From: Tubulanus polymorphus
Lineage: Eukaryota > Animalia > Nemertea
Direction of reading: 5' to 3'
Length of the DNA: 64,000 nucleotides
Assembly (NCBI RefSeq): GCF_964204645.1
Contig: NC_134026.1
Location: forward strand, 25,888,150-25,952,149
Of the stretch, positions 28,394 through 40,100 are shown piece by piece. A program made the translations under genes and the position numbers. The notes below the pieces were generated by a model that searched no databases, was not told the origin of the DNA, and saw only the letters and a list, made by a program, of their open reading frames with translations. Within the stretch, counting starts at the first letter, position 1; every line of letters begins with the position of its first letter.

Positions 28394-29079
28394 TCAATCA
28401 AATTTCTCATGTTTTACGGCTGGATGTATGGACCTCGATGCAAGCTGTTTCTCGAGTGCCTCAACCTGCTTCTCAGCTTCTTTCAACTTTCTGATTAGAA
28501 CGTTTTTCTGAAACTAAAGATTCCAGAAAAACTTAAAATATGGTATGGCAGTCATTGTATTAAAGAAAGATGATATCAAAATTAAAGTACCCTTTCAATT
28601 TGTTGAATCGATCGAAAGTGAGCATCTTTATGTTTGAGGATCAACTGCAATGACCTTTTTTCTATTTGCAACTGCATCGCCTGTAAGTATTGTCATCATC
28701 TTCACTTACGTTTTCCGCACTTCAGAATACGAGATTAAAAACGATTGTTGTTTTCACATGATAGATAAGGCCCTACCTTGTCTGGAAAAACCGATGTTGG
28801 GTCGCCGGTAGTTTCTAACTGAAGAAAAGATTTAACTCTTGAAAATCTCATATACTTATGGTATTTTATCAACGATCCACTGATTGGTCCACTAATAAAC
28901 TGACTATCGTTTGTACGCGGCCCGCGACTCGGTCGACCTACCTGCGAATTGACGGATGTTGTAGCCACGAAAGCCAACGCCTCGGCATCTATTTTGTGAA
29001 TTTCCTGGAGATGCTGCTTCAGAGAGCACGCCTTTTCAAATATTTTCGTGCATACGACACACCGGAAACAATCGGGCAT
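28394..29079 (-). CDS. Gene B: single C2H2 zinc finger plus C-terminal coiled coil, paralog of gene A; exons 29079-28777, 28680-28591, 28513-28394
   Basis: GCC-ATG start MPDCFRCVVC-x12-H-x4-H. The 90-nt phase-0 exon (LILKHKDAHFRSIQQIER) and last exon (FQKNVLIRKLKEAEKQVEALEKQL) align with gene A's 90-nt and last exons. Confidence 0.72.
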
Positions 29080-29271
29080 GGCGATATATCCAATCTTTCT
29101 ACTTGCGTTCACCTCTTCTGACAGAAACTCGAATATTGATCCTAGCCTTGACAATGCGGACACTAACTTATTCAACCACTGTGTCTCTAACCTAACTCGT
29201 TAAAATGCTGAGCGACGTCGCGCGTGGATACCGAGGTCGAACAATGATATTCGAACGACTGCAACTAAATG

Positions 29272-29329
29272 CGATAACACAGATTTCTATACGAAAATGA
29301 ATACGATAACACAGATTTCTATACGAAAA
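29272..29329. repeat. Direct duplication of 26 bp (period 32)
   Basis: CGATAACACAGATTTCTATACGAAAA at 29272-29297 and 29304-29329. Confidence 0.9.
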
Positions 29330-29495
29330 ACACGATTTATTATAATTTACTATAAAATAAATACGTTTGAAAAAACATCAATATAAACAGATGAATACAA
29401 AATTCACTTTTGATAAATGAATAAGAACTTGAATCGAAATACCGTATGTAAAGATCTGACATCTTTGATGAAACCAATAAATATAAATATAAAAG

Positions 29496-32400
29496 TTAAA
29501 AGTTATTGTAGGCGCTTGTTGATGGTGGTAGAGTTTGTTCAAGAGTTGAACGGATCGTTCTCAACGCATCGTGTTTTTCTTGCCACTGGTTTTCGTCATC
29601 AATTGAGATTGGAACAGGGGCTGCAGTGAGGATTCTACGGACTCCTGGTGCTCCGACGGACTTTGATCGGGCATGGTGTACTCTGCTATCACTGCTCCTC
29701 GGTGTGGATCTCATTACACGTGTCGTGTATATGGGCTGTGAATATTGCTGTTGTTCTTCGACCTGGCATACAGCAACGTACTGAATGGGCGTTTTTTGAT
29801 GGTATTGGGGTTGGATTGAGTTTAGTTCAGCTTGCAGTTGGTTGATTTTTTCCTCGAGTAAACGTATCTGGTTATCCTGAAATAAACACTACTTAAATTC
29901 TGATGGCCACGAAAGGATGATTAACTGCGGAATTTTTGAATATGATAATCTTTAGTTTTACCTTGCTCATCAATTCACTGACGCGAGATCTTATTTGTCT
30001 TTCAAGGATACCGACATGCTCTCGGCAGGTTTTCAATTCCTGCTCGGTACGAATCGTCTGGAACAGGACATAAAGCAACAATTAATCTTCAAGATGGTCT
30101 ACTGATGCATAACTTTCTATGGAACAGTTTTACTTACCCGATCGCTTGTCCTCAGGGCTTTTATTTCATTTTCTCGTCTTTGTAGAAGTATTGAAGTATT
30201 CTTAATTTCACTCTCTAGTCTAGCAATCTTAAGATAAAAGTTTAAAAAATTTACATTTGACTGTAACATTGAGTTTGAAATATGAAATATATGATAGTCA
30301 ATAAATCATATTTACCCTATCCAGTTCAGATTGGGCATTCATCAGTTGGTTTTCCAATGATTCAATTTTCTCAATATCTGAGGGCAGTGATCTATATTCA
30401 ACTACAGTTTCTACTGGACGTGATTCTAAGGTTTTAATATCCTCCTCCAATAGAGCAATCTAAATTTGTAAAGGAAATACATTTAGTTAGATACCATATG
30501 TAAACCTTCTTAATTTGTACACGATATCACTAATCATCAGATTATTCATAGCCTTGGCCAATAGATATATACCTTATTGAGTAGATTTGAAATGGTAACC
30601 TGCGCTTTCTTCAAATCATCTTCGAGTTCTTCTATCTGTAAGAGAATACAGAAAAATAATCTACCATTCATTATTTCCATCCTTTTATATACACATCTTC
30701 AGTTTTAAACCGATATACGAATGTAATCCCAATATTTTAAATCATATTCAAAATATGTTAGAAATCATTTTGTAATTAAAGGAAAACTTACTCTCATTAG
30801 ATCAGTGTCGACCGAACGAAATTCTATTTCTGGTTCCTTCGATTGCACTAATTCTAATTCGGCCTTTATCTTTTCGAGTTCAGTTTCTAATTCGCTTATC
30901 TTTAATAATGGAAACAAAGAAATCATTAAAAGTATCAGTATTTTGATTGTGTAATATGACATTGTCATTCAACAAACTGAACGTACCTTTACTAGATCAG
31001 CCGATGAACTTTTTTCAACAATTCGATACACGACTTCAGCTGATTTTGATTTTTGTTCAGCTAACTCCTCTTTAACCACTTCAAGTTCAGATTTAAGCTG
31101 TGCAATCTAGAAATCATCATCATTAACGATTGATAAATAGACTATCAATGATTATATAATATCAAAAATTTCGGTAATCGATGAACTAGAAAATAAAATC
31201 TGGTTACCTTTTCGACATCAGCCTCAAGAGATTCCACCACCGGATCAACAGTTTGCAGTTCAACTAATGTTTCCTGCGTTTGTAAAATCTGAGAATGAAA
31301 AATTTGAAACAATCACTGAAATTTTGTGATCGTTCAATACGAAAAGATTTAAAGTAACGGGGTTTTGTTTATTTTACCTGGTCAGTATCACTATTCTTTT
31401 CATCTTTAATCTCTCCATCTTCATCCTTTAATCCATAAAAGAACAACAGTTTAATTTGACAATAACGATCTTTAGAATAGACGTTCGATGTAGGTGATAT
31501 TTTCGTTTGTTCGACAATTTACTAGTATTGACTAAATTTCGAAACTTATATGAATAGCTATGATAGATTTATATACACCTACGCCTACCTCATCTACAAA
31601 AGTCTCATCTGGACTCGATTCGACGATCTTGACCTTTTCTACAGTGACTATTTCGGTTTCTACTACTTCGACTGATTCTGCAGGTTCAATAATGTCAACT
31701 TCATATGTTTCATTTGAGTCGATGTTTTCCTCTGTTTCATTCGCATCATCCTTTTCGATTTCGTCAACCATCGATTCGACAACCTCAACTGACTCCACGT
31801 TTTTGACTACTTCTATGACAGCATCTTCAGTATCAACAGTGTCTTCACCTTCCTCTTCAATAGTTGTCTCTTTTTTATGTTTAATGGTAACATCTTGTTC
31901 GTTGCCATTGAGGCATTCCAATAATTTGATCATATCGTTGACCTTGACGGAGCTCTAAAAGCGAATTAATACATAAAATGATTTGGTGGACAATTCGTGT
32001 AGCTTTAAGAAATTCTTAATGCCTGACATTATTTACCACAGCAACTTTATGGGGTGCGATTTCTTCAATGAATTCATCCTCTTCCACTGTTACTACATCG
32101 GCAACTGGAGCAGATTCGACGCCAATTTTGTGAACTGCCGCGATTTCATCATCAACATTTACTTCCAAGGAATCGACATTGTCGATTGAATCGTGGCTCA
32201 GCTGTTTTGTCACGGTCACTAGTTCTGTCTCGAGTTCGTTTATCTTAAGAACAAAACATGTTGGAATTAGAATGGTTTGTTTTACGGCGAGCTAATTCAT
32301 GAATAACAGTAGAATTACCTTCTCCAAGTCTATTTGAAGAGAATCTACGTCATCTTGCTCTAGCTCAATCCTCTTGATCAATTGTGCATTCTGTATTAAA

Positions 32401-33929
32401 AGAATAAAATCTAATGACTGAAACGAATATGAAACGCTCAATAAAATCTCAATAAAATCAAATGTTTTACCATGCTAGATAACAGAAAACAGTTTCATTT
32501 TTTTCTCATATCATGAATGAAACTGTTCTGTTATCTTATGAACTTCCTAACGCGAAAATGTGGAATGTCGTGTATAAATTAAGACTCACTAACCTCTCTC
32601 TTAAGTTTCTCCAGCTCAACAGCCTTAGCCTCTAGCTGTCTGTCATGAGTCGATTGCCTGCTCGTAATAATCTTCATTTCAGCTTCTAGTTTGCCGTTCA
32701 AAGCCTCTATCTCACTACTCTTTTCCTTGAGTTGATTTTCCAGAAAGACAATACGTTCGGATTTCTCTTGTAGTTCTATATCCAATTCTGCTTGTACTGA
32801 CTCGTACTTGCTTATTTCTTCGTCTTTTCTACGCATATCACTTTTCAGGTCGTTGATGCTTTTTGCGGCGTCCTTTTCAACTCGGCCAACACGGACTTGG
32901 AGCTCTAGTTTCTCGGAACGCAAATTCCTAATTTGGCCTTCGAGTTCTGTTACTCGCTTTTCACCTTAAATAGTAGAAAAAGGGTTAACAACATCAAATC
33001 AGCTGCCTTTTTTAATTTGCAACGCAAACAAGTCTTTGTGAATTACCATTTTCTGCACGATTGACGATCTCTTTCATTTCATCGAGTACTGATGTCTTTT
33101 TTCGCACTGGTTCGGAAACGTAAGGTGAAGGTGGAGCACTAGAAACCCGCGATACAGCTGATGACGTAATTGGTTGCTCCTCGATCTTAGTTGCTACTCT
33201 GAAATTGAAATTAATGTTACACACACACATTGTACAAATAGCTGATTGATAAGTTGAAATTAGAAAGAATACAATTCTCGACATATAAACCTACTTTCCC
33301 TTAGTCTTCGAATTTGGTAGCAAGACTCGATTTCCAGATGTTGTGATAACCCATTTTTGGGCTGGTTCTCCCCCTTCGATAATTGATGATCTTGCGCTCA
33401 ATGTGTCTGAGCCATAATCTGATGTGGGAGCTTTATTCAATGATGAAGTACTTTGGCTCCTGTAGATTACTTCACTGTTCATCGGATAGATACTTTTTGG
33501 TGCACTATTCAACGATGAACTTGACGAAGCAAAAACTCTTTCTTGTAAATAACCTCCATTAGCAGTCCTGGAACTTGTGTCTGCGCTGGATGTATGCATA
33601 CCTTTCGGTGGGTTGGAAACGATTCTTCGGGAAATGACTCTTTTACCATTGAAATATTCAGGCGATTCTGATGCAGTACTACTGACTTGAGTTTCGCCAG
33701 CTGTGTAAGTCTGCTGTGTATTTGGTGCGGCACCGTTGAGAGTAGAACGACTTGATGAATACGTCATATATCGTGTACCATTGCCGTCTAAAATATCATA
33801 TCGAGGAACAAAATTTTTTAATTTTTTTTTGATCGACAAAATGTTCATAGTCAAATATTTGATTGTTGAGTCAATACAATGAGTACAGGTTCAATTCATA
33901 CCTTGAATACGTTTTTCGTTAGTTGACAT
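29496..33929 (-). CDS. Gene C: multi-exon head-rod-tail coiled-coil protein of unknown family (divergent cluster member with an acidic E/D/V-rich insert)
   Basis: Exons 33929-33902 (MSTNEKRIQ), 33787-33295 (Ser-rich head), 33198-33047 and 32964-32594 (coil). Further small exons mostly start with Ile (INELETEL, IAQLKSEL, ISELETEL, IEELEDDL, IALLEEDI, IARLESEI). The last exon, ~29876-29496, ends IRSTLEQTLPPSTSAYNNF*. One or two small exons near 31.4 and 32.35 kb are less certain. Confidence 0.8.
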
Positions 33930-34995
33930 GTTTGACTTTTTTTCGCAAAAATTACCAGTATTCTGAAATTAAATGAGGTAAATCGTAGTTCAAACTACAT
34001 ACCATCTCATTCCTAAAACCAACAGTAAGAACCACACTAAAATGTCTTACACCTTAACTAAGACGTAGTTGACATTTCGAAAAACACTTTCCTCTTGACA
34101 TAAACATTATTATGACTTTCTTATGAATATAAGAGCTACGTACCGATCCGATGTCTATAGAGAAATCTCTCTTGTTAACTAATAGTCCAATTGCTGAATG
34201 TAACGGATTGTATGAGCTGTGATATTTATATGTTCGATGGTCGGTTACTGGGTAATTTATTGTACAACTAATTACTCTCCGTTTTGTTTATGGCCTAATA
34301 CTTGGCAGGTCTGGGCTTTGGCCGGCCATGCCCTGTCAAGGTACACGCATAATCGAGTTTTAGAATTTCTTAAGGGGATTATAATCGTAATCATTTATGA
34401 AATCCATGACCTGTCCGGACAGACTTTGACCCAATTGAATGGCTATGATTTCTTAATCCTCTGTAGGCGATATAAAATTCTCACTGTACAAATCCTCTCG
34501 GAAATTTCATCTGTTAATTACTGTTCTAGAAGAAATTCGTAGAAACTCGTAACGTCCATGGAAAACCATCCGTCCGTAACGCCATTTAAAAATCTAATTA
34601 AGCTTTCTGCAAGAACGTCTCTGCACGACGTTTAAAGTAAACAATTTGAAGTTTTATCAATGGCTGTGGTATCAATACGCTGTGCCTCTTTGGGTTGTAA
34701 CTCTTTCAAAAATTCTGACTAAAAGACTACTTAGATAAAGCCGTCAGATCCTAATATGAAATTCAAATGCGTAACCAACATGCAGTGCCTTCATACTATA
34801 ATATTGGATGGTATTTCTGTGCGTTATTCGTATTGTGGTTAAGGTTTAGAAAGAAACCCTCGGATTTCTTTTCCGTTAGCGGCCTGTTTATGTGAAACTT
34901 CCAGTCAGTCTCAATAACGTCTAATTGGTGAATCAGACAGAAAATTTGATTGAACCGAACGAACAACCGGGGAACTGGTGGCGCCGAAAATTCTA

Positions 34996-35009
34996 GTAGC
35001 TATGGTAAC
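34996..35009. promoter_or_regulatory. RFX X-box-like motif
   Basis: GTAGCTATGGTAAC fits GTHNYY-AT-RRNAAC. It lies in a short GC-richer island about 1 kb upstream of the gene C start codon. Confidence 0.4.
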
Positions 35010-35703
35010 GTTCACGGGCGCTTCTTCGGGGCTATTAGTATATATTACAATTAAATTTATTTTATAACTCATTTATTTTATTTTATAACGTTGTACAAAT
35101 TGGTCTGATGGGAAATATAATTTTACAAAAAAATTACCAGGTGTAGCTGGCGGAATAGTAGTAGAATAGTAGTAAGTTAGTATCAAGTATTGTAATTAGT
35201 TTGAAATGATTTTCTGGTGATCAAATAGACTGGCTTGACTTATACGTAGTAGTAACAATTTTGTATTGGAGTTTAATTTGATTAATCGATGCATTTTTCA
35301 TTAATATCACAATATCAAAAATTTTGAATTACTCTTTGATGTTATCTGATTGCGATGTGTCATAATATGAAAGATATTCTAGATGTTCTAAGTTATCAAT
35401 CTAGTTTTTTGTCAGTTCGATGTATCATAATTTCATTATCATTCAATTCAAATTTCATCTTTTATCGTCTATGTTTGTTTTTTTCCAACATACTGTGCCT
35501 TGCAAAACTTCTGAAACAGCTTATTCCATAGATATTTCATGGATTGCCTTCGTCATGCCGTGTTGCTTCTGCTTTGTAATGTTTGATTGTTTTAAGATCC
35601 ACTTTCTGAATTTCAAAAATATCCGGATGCATGTTCAGAAATGGTATACACTGTACTGAATTAAAGAAATCTCTCTTTCTTCTATTTCAATAAAACATTT
35701 ATT

Positions 35704-35811
35704 AACTCTTAATTTATGAGGAGAGAATCCCACAATGATATCATTGTGGGATTCTCTCCTCATCGCGTCAACACGGATATTGTGTTCTACCTATCGTGAA
35801 CTCTTAATTTA
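35704..35811. mobile_element. Short insertion containing a perfect 48-bp palindrome, flanked by 13-bp direct repeats
   Basis: ATGAGGAGAGAATCCCACAATGAT|ATCATTGTGGGATTCTCTCCTCAT at 35716-35763; AACTCTTAATTTA at 35704-35716 and 35799-35811. Confidence 0.65.
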
Positions 35812-37185
35812 CCTTGAATATGATAATAGTATTGAAACGGTGATTTGTCAGTCTTCTTGATTTTTATCACAATGTAACTTTTTTCACTTTATCATATGAT
35901 TACTGTGCTTTTCGAACCTTGAGGTATTTGCTTTGGTCTGTTTATGTGCAATCAGACCTATCTAGACAATATCGTTGTAACACGAGTTGTAACTGATGCA
36001 GATGTACAATGAATAAAATGGCGGTTAAGTTGCTTAAACAATTATCACCTTTATTCACAAAGTAGTATCAGTTTTAAGTTCAATTCATCATTCTCAACAC
36101 TGTATTTTATGATATTTGTACATAATGAAATTCCAGATGGTATCGTTGAATCTCGTATTTTATTTCATATTAGGATGTTTGAAACCTCTCAGATTGCATC
36201 TCGGACGTTAAATTTTTCAAATTTTTGCCATACATCCAAATATCGACTTCGCAGCGTTGGCATCATGATGTGTCAGAAAACTCATCATCGCTCCTAAGGG
36301 TCCGGTATCGCTACCCGAACTTGCTTTGTCCACCAGTTCGGGGATTGGTTTAGCTTAGTGAGTTCGAATCCCTTGACTTGAAGATGCAGCAAACTGCCCT
36401 TTCCAATATAGAATGCAGTTACAATTTGTCCGTGGATCCGACCTTGCTCTCCTCGTATGCTTGTCTGCCACAATTTCATGTATCAGAAACTAACAACATT
36501 TACATTTACAAAGAATGAGAAATCAAATCCAAAGCGTAATTTCAGCAGCAGAAGATCAGAAGCGAATAAAACTAGAATATATTGCATTATCCAGTATTCA
36601 TTTTATTTCAATACAAGACTATCCTATGCATCAGTTTAGATATTTTCATAACTAAGCGACTGACATAAAAATCAAAATAGCCTAAATATATTAATTTCTC
36701 CAATTCTGATCGTAATACGAATCAATGTTTAGAAAGTTAATTTTCTGTCCAATCGCAATACTGTTAGGTGTAAAGATGCCATTGTATGAAAATAGTGTAA
36801 ATTTAAAAAGACCACAATAAAAAATAAACTAGTTCAAGGCCACATCTTTTTAAAACACGAAACAAAATACATTACGAAAAATAAATATTTTAAGGAAACA
36901 ATATTGTACAAAATGTATAATATCGTTCCTATTCTTGTAATTCCATTATGTAACAGCGAAAATGGGAAAGTTTTCCTCTGCGAAAAGTCATATTAGTTTA
37001 ATTACAGTAACTCCTAAATATACAATTCTATATTCTAAAAAGCCAATATGATAAGCATATCGCACAAATTCGCTTATAATTTTCAAATCTAATTTTACAA
37101 TAATTTCTATTAATATATATACTGAGATAAAATCTATCAAACGAATAACTTTTCACGCGAAGTGTTCACAGCCATAGTACTTCAA

Positions 37186-40100
37186 TTAGTTGTCTGCAAA
37201 GAAATTTTGATGATTTTTCGTCAAACGCATCATTCAGAATTTAAATCGAATGCGATATTGAACCATTTCGCATATGATTTAATACTTACAGTAAGAATGA
37301 GAGTAGGCTCGGCTGGTACTAGCACTGCGAGTAGCCGCTCCTCTGGATGAAGTTGAAGATTGTCTACAAAAAAAATCCAATATGATCGTTTTTGACATAA
37401 GAAAATGACACAGCATTACAATCAATTAATTAATGCGAAAACAATTACCTGCTGCCATGGGAGGTACTTGTTGCGCCGAAGAGTGGCCCTACCTCGTAAG
37501 AGGTGCTGGTTACTACAGTGGGGGATTTGTAGCTGGATACTTTGCGTGTCTCAGTAATTGATGGTGCAGATTCGTAGGTTGTCGAGTACGTGAGAGTTGG
37601 GGCAGATTCAAAGTATGATGTAGATGAAGATTGAACTGATTCATCGATGTAAGGTGACGAGGACGAACCGTAGCTTGAAACTTTGCGGGTCTCAGTAATG
37701 GTCGGTGCAGATTCGTAGCTAGAGACTTTGCGGGTCTCAGTAATGGTCGGTGCAGATTCGTAGCTAGATACTTTGCGGGTCTCAGTAATGGTCGGTGCAG
37801 ATTCGTAGCTAGAGACTGTGCGGGTCTCAGTAATGGTCGGTGCAGATTCGTAGCTGGAAACTTTGCGGGTCTCAGAATATGCCGGTGCAGATTCGTAGCT
37901 TGAAATTCGTCGCGGGGAAGACTCTTCGTAGGTAGAGATTTTACGTGTTTCGGAATATCTCGGGGAAGATTCAACGTAGGTTGTCTGAACTGGCTGAACA
38001 ACTTCTACGTGTTGTGTTTGTCTAAATTCACATAAGATTATAAACCGTCAGAAATACGATCAGTGATGCTTGAAGGGATAGAAATTTCGGTGTTGTTCTT
38101 ACCTAACAGTCACAAGTTCTCCTTCCAATCGTCTTACTTCCTTTTCCAAGAAGGCAATCTATAAAATAATACATGAAGAATAGGATTTTATGAATTGATT
38201 ACACAAGAAACGAACGTTGATGTATTGTTTAAGTGACCGTGACAATATTTACCCTCTCAATATCTACAGCTGACGTTTTTTCAACGTATTCTGTTTTGTA
38301 CTCAACACGAGGAGGGGTACTCTTGAGCAGTTCAATTTCACGTTCAAGTCTGGAAATCTACAATATATGATTGACATTCTTTATTGTTCATCATATTATG
38401 ATCCTTTTGAAAGAAATCGTTGTTTTTATAACTAACCAATGAAATATCCTCTTGCGCTCGTTTCTCAACCTCAACGTATTCGGTCTTGGTTTCCACACGT
38501 GCTGGGATATTTCTCATTCGCTCCACTTCTCGTTCGAGATACAAAATCTGAAACAAATCAGGGTTTCACTTACGCTCGTAAGATGACACGATTTCGTGGT
38601 GCATACACCACACAAGCCTTTAACCTTACCCTGTCAGCATCGTGTTGTGATCGCTTCTCGACTTCAACGTACTCGGTCTTGATCTCAACCTTTGGTGGTG
38701 TATTGCGGAAAGTCTGAATTTCCTTTTCCAAACGTTCGATCTGAAAATAGCGGTAATCTTGAGGTCTCGATCGTTCAATTAACATAACAAAATCAAATCA
38801 AATCAAAATCCATTCTTACCATAAAGATGTCATCCTGACTACGCTTTTCAACCTCAACATATTCAGTCTTGTACTCGACACGTGGTGGTGTGTTTCTCAA
38901 TCGTTCGAGCTCTCGTTCTTGGAATGCGATCTGAAAATTGATAACATAAACTACTGAAGCATCATTCTCTGGTTCAGGTCTTTTGAGTTGTGGGACATTT
39001 TTAGTTCCGAAAATATATGTACCTTGTCGACATCAGCTTGCATTCTCTTTTCAACTTCTACTTCAATGTATTCGGTCTGTACTTCAACTTTGGGAGGGAT
39101 GTTTCTCAGTCTGTTAGTTTCCTTTTCTAAGAATGAAATCTGTAAAAAGAATGTTAACTATTTTTGTTTCTCTCCTCATAGTTGACAAGATGAATGCGGT
39201 ATATTATTATTTAGTTACCCTGTCAATGTCAGTCTGCATGCGTTTCTCGACCTCAACATATTCGGTCTTGATTTCAACGCGCGGTGGAATGTTCCTGATA
39301 CGTTGTACCTCCTTTTCAAGGAAGTTTATCTTTTTGGAAGAGAGAAATAAATTATGGATTATCGAATTTTGATATATCGAAATGTATTTCTAAATATAGT
39401 ATTTTAAGACATTTACCCTGTCAATGTCAGTTTGCATACGTTTCTCAACCTCAACATATTCAGTCTTGATTTCTACACGTGGTGGGACATTTCTGATACG
39501 TTGAATATCTTTCTCAAGGAAAGCAATCTGTAACAGATAGATGCATAAATATCAAATAAAAGCTAAGACTATGGTACCAGTAGTTCTGTTTTTTCTTGAG
39601 ATACTTACCCTGTCAATGTCAGTCTGCATGCGTTTCTCAACCTCAACATATTCAGTCTTGATTTCTACACGGGGTGGGATATTTCTGATACGTTCAATAT
39701 CACGTTCAAGGAATGCAATCTACAATACGAAAGTGGAAAGTGGTTAATCATTTAATCGAACTAATGTGGGTTATTGGGAATTGGATTAACATTTCATAAG
39801 CGACATAAGATCTTACCCTGTCAATATCGTTTTGCATACGTTTCTCAACCTCAACATATTCAGTCTGGATTTCCACACGTGGTGGAATGTTTCTGATTCT
39901 TTCAATATCTTTTTCCAAGAAAGCGATCTGTAAAAATAATACATTACCATAGCAATATCTACAAATAAAAATTGACAACATGGTTTCACAGTTTCCAGAA
40001 CGGTGAAAAATACCCTATCAATGTCAGTTTGCATGCGCTTTTCAACCTCAACATATTCAGTCTTGATTTCTACACGTGGTGGGATATTTCTGATACGTTG

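Noticed and set aside
36295-36380. tRNA/Pol III-like segment with GTTCGAATCC and a CCCGAACT/AGTTCGGG hairpin
   Set aside because: I could not fold a cloverleaf, the A-box-like sequence is too close to the B-box, and there is no oligo-T terminator. It is at most a relic; tRNAscan-SE or Infernal would settle it.
35400-36560. Coding-looking minus-strand stretches between genes C and D (possible decayed gene)
   Set aside because: The frames I tried contain several stops and show no recognisable homology, so I could not build a supported model.
37513-38001. ORF with ATNLHRPLLRPAK repeats
   Set aside because: It is the alternate frame of the 45-bp repeat. Splice phases and similarity to gene E support the SSYESAPTITETRKV frame.
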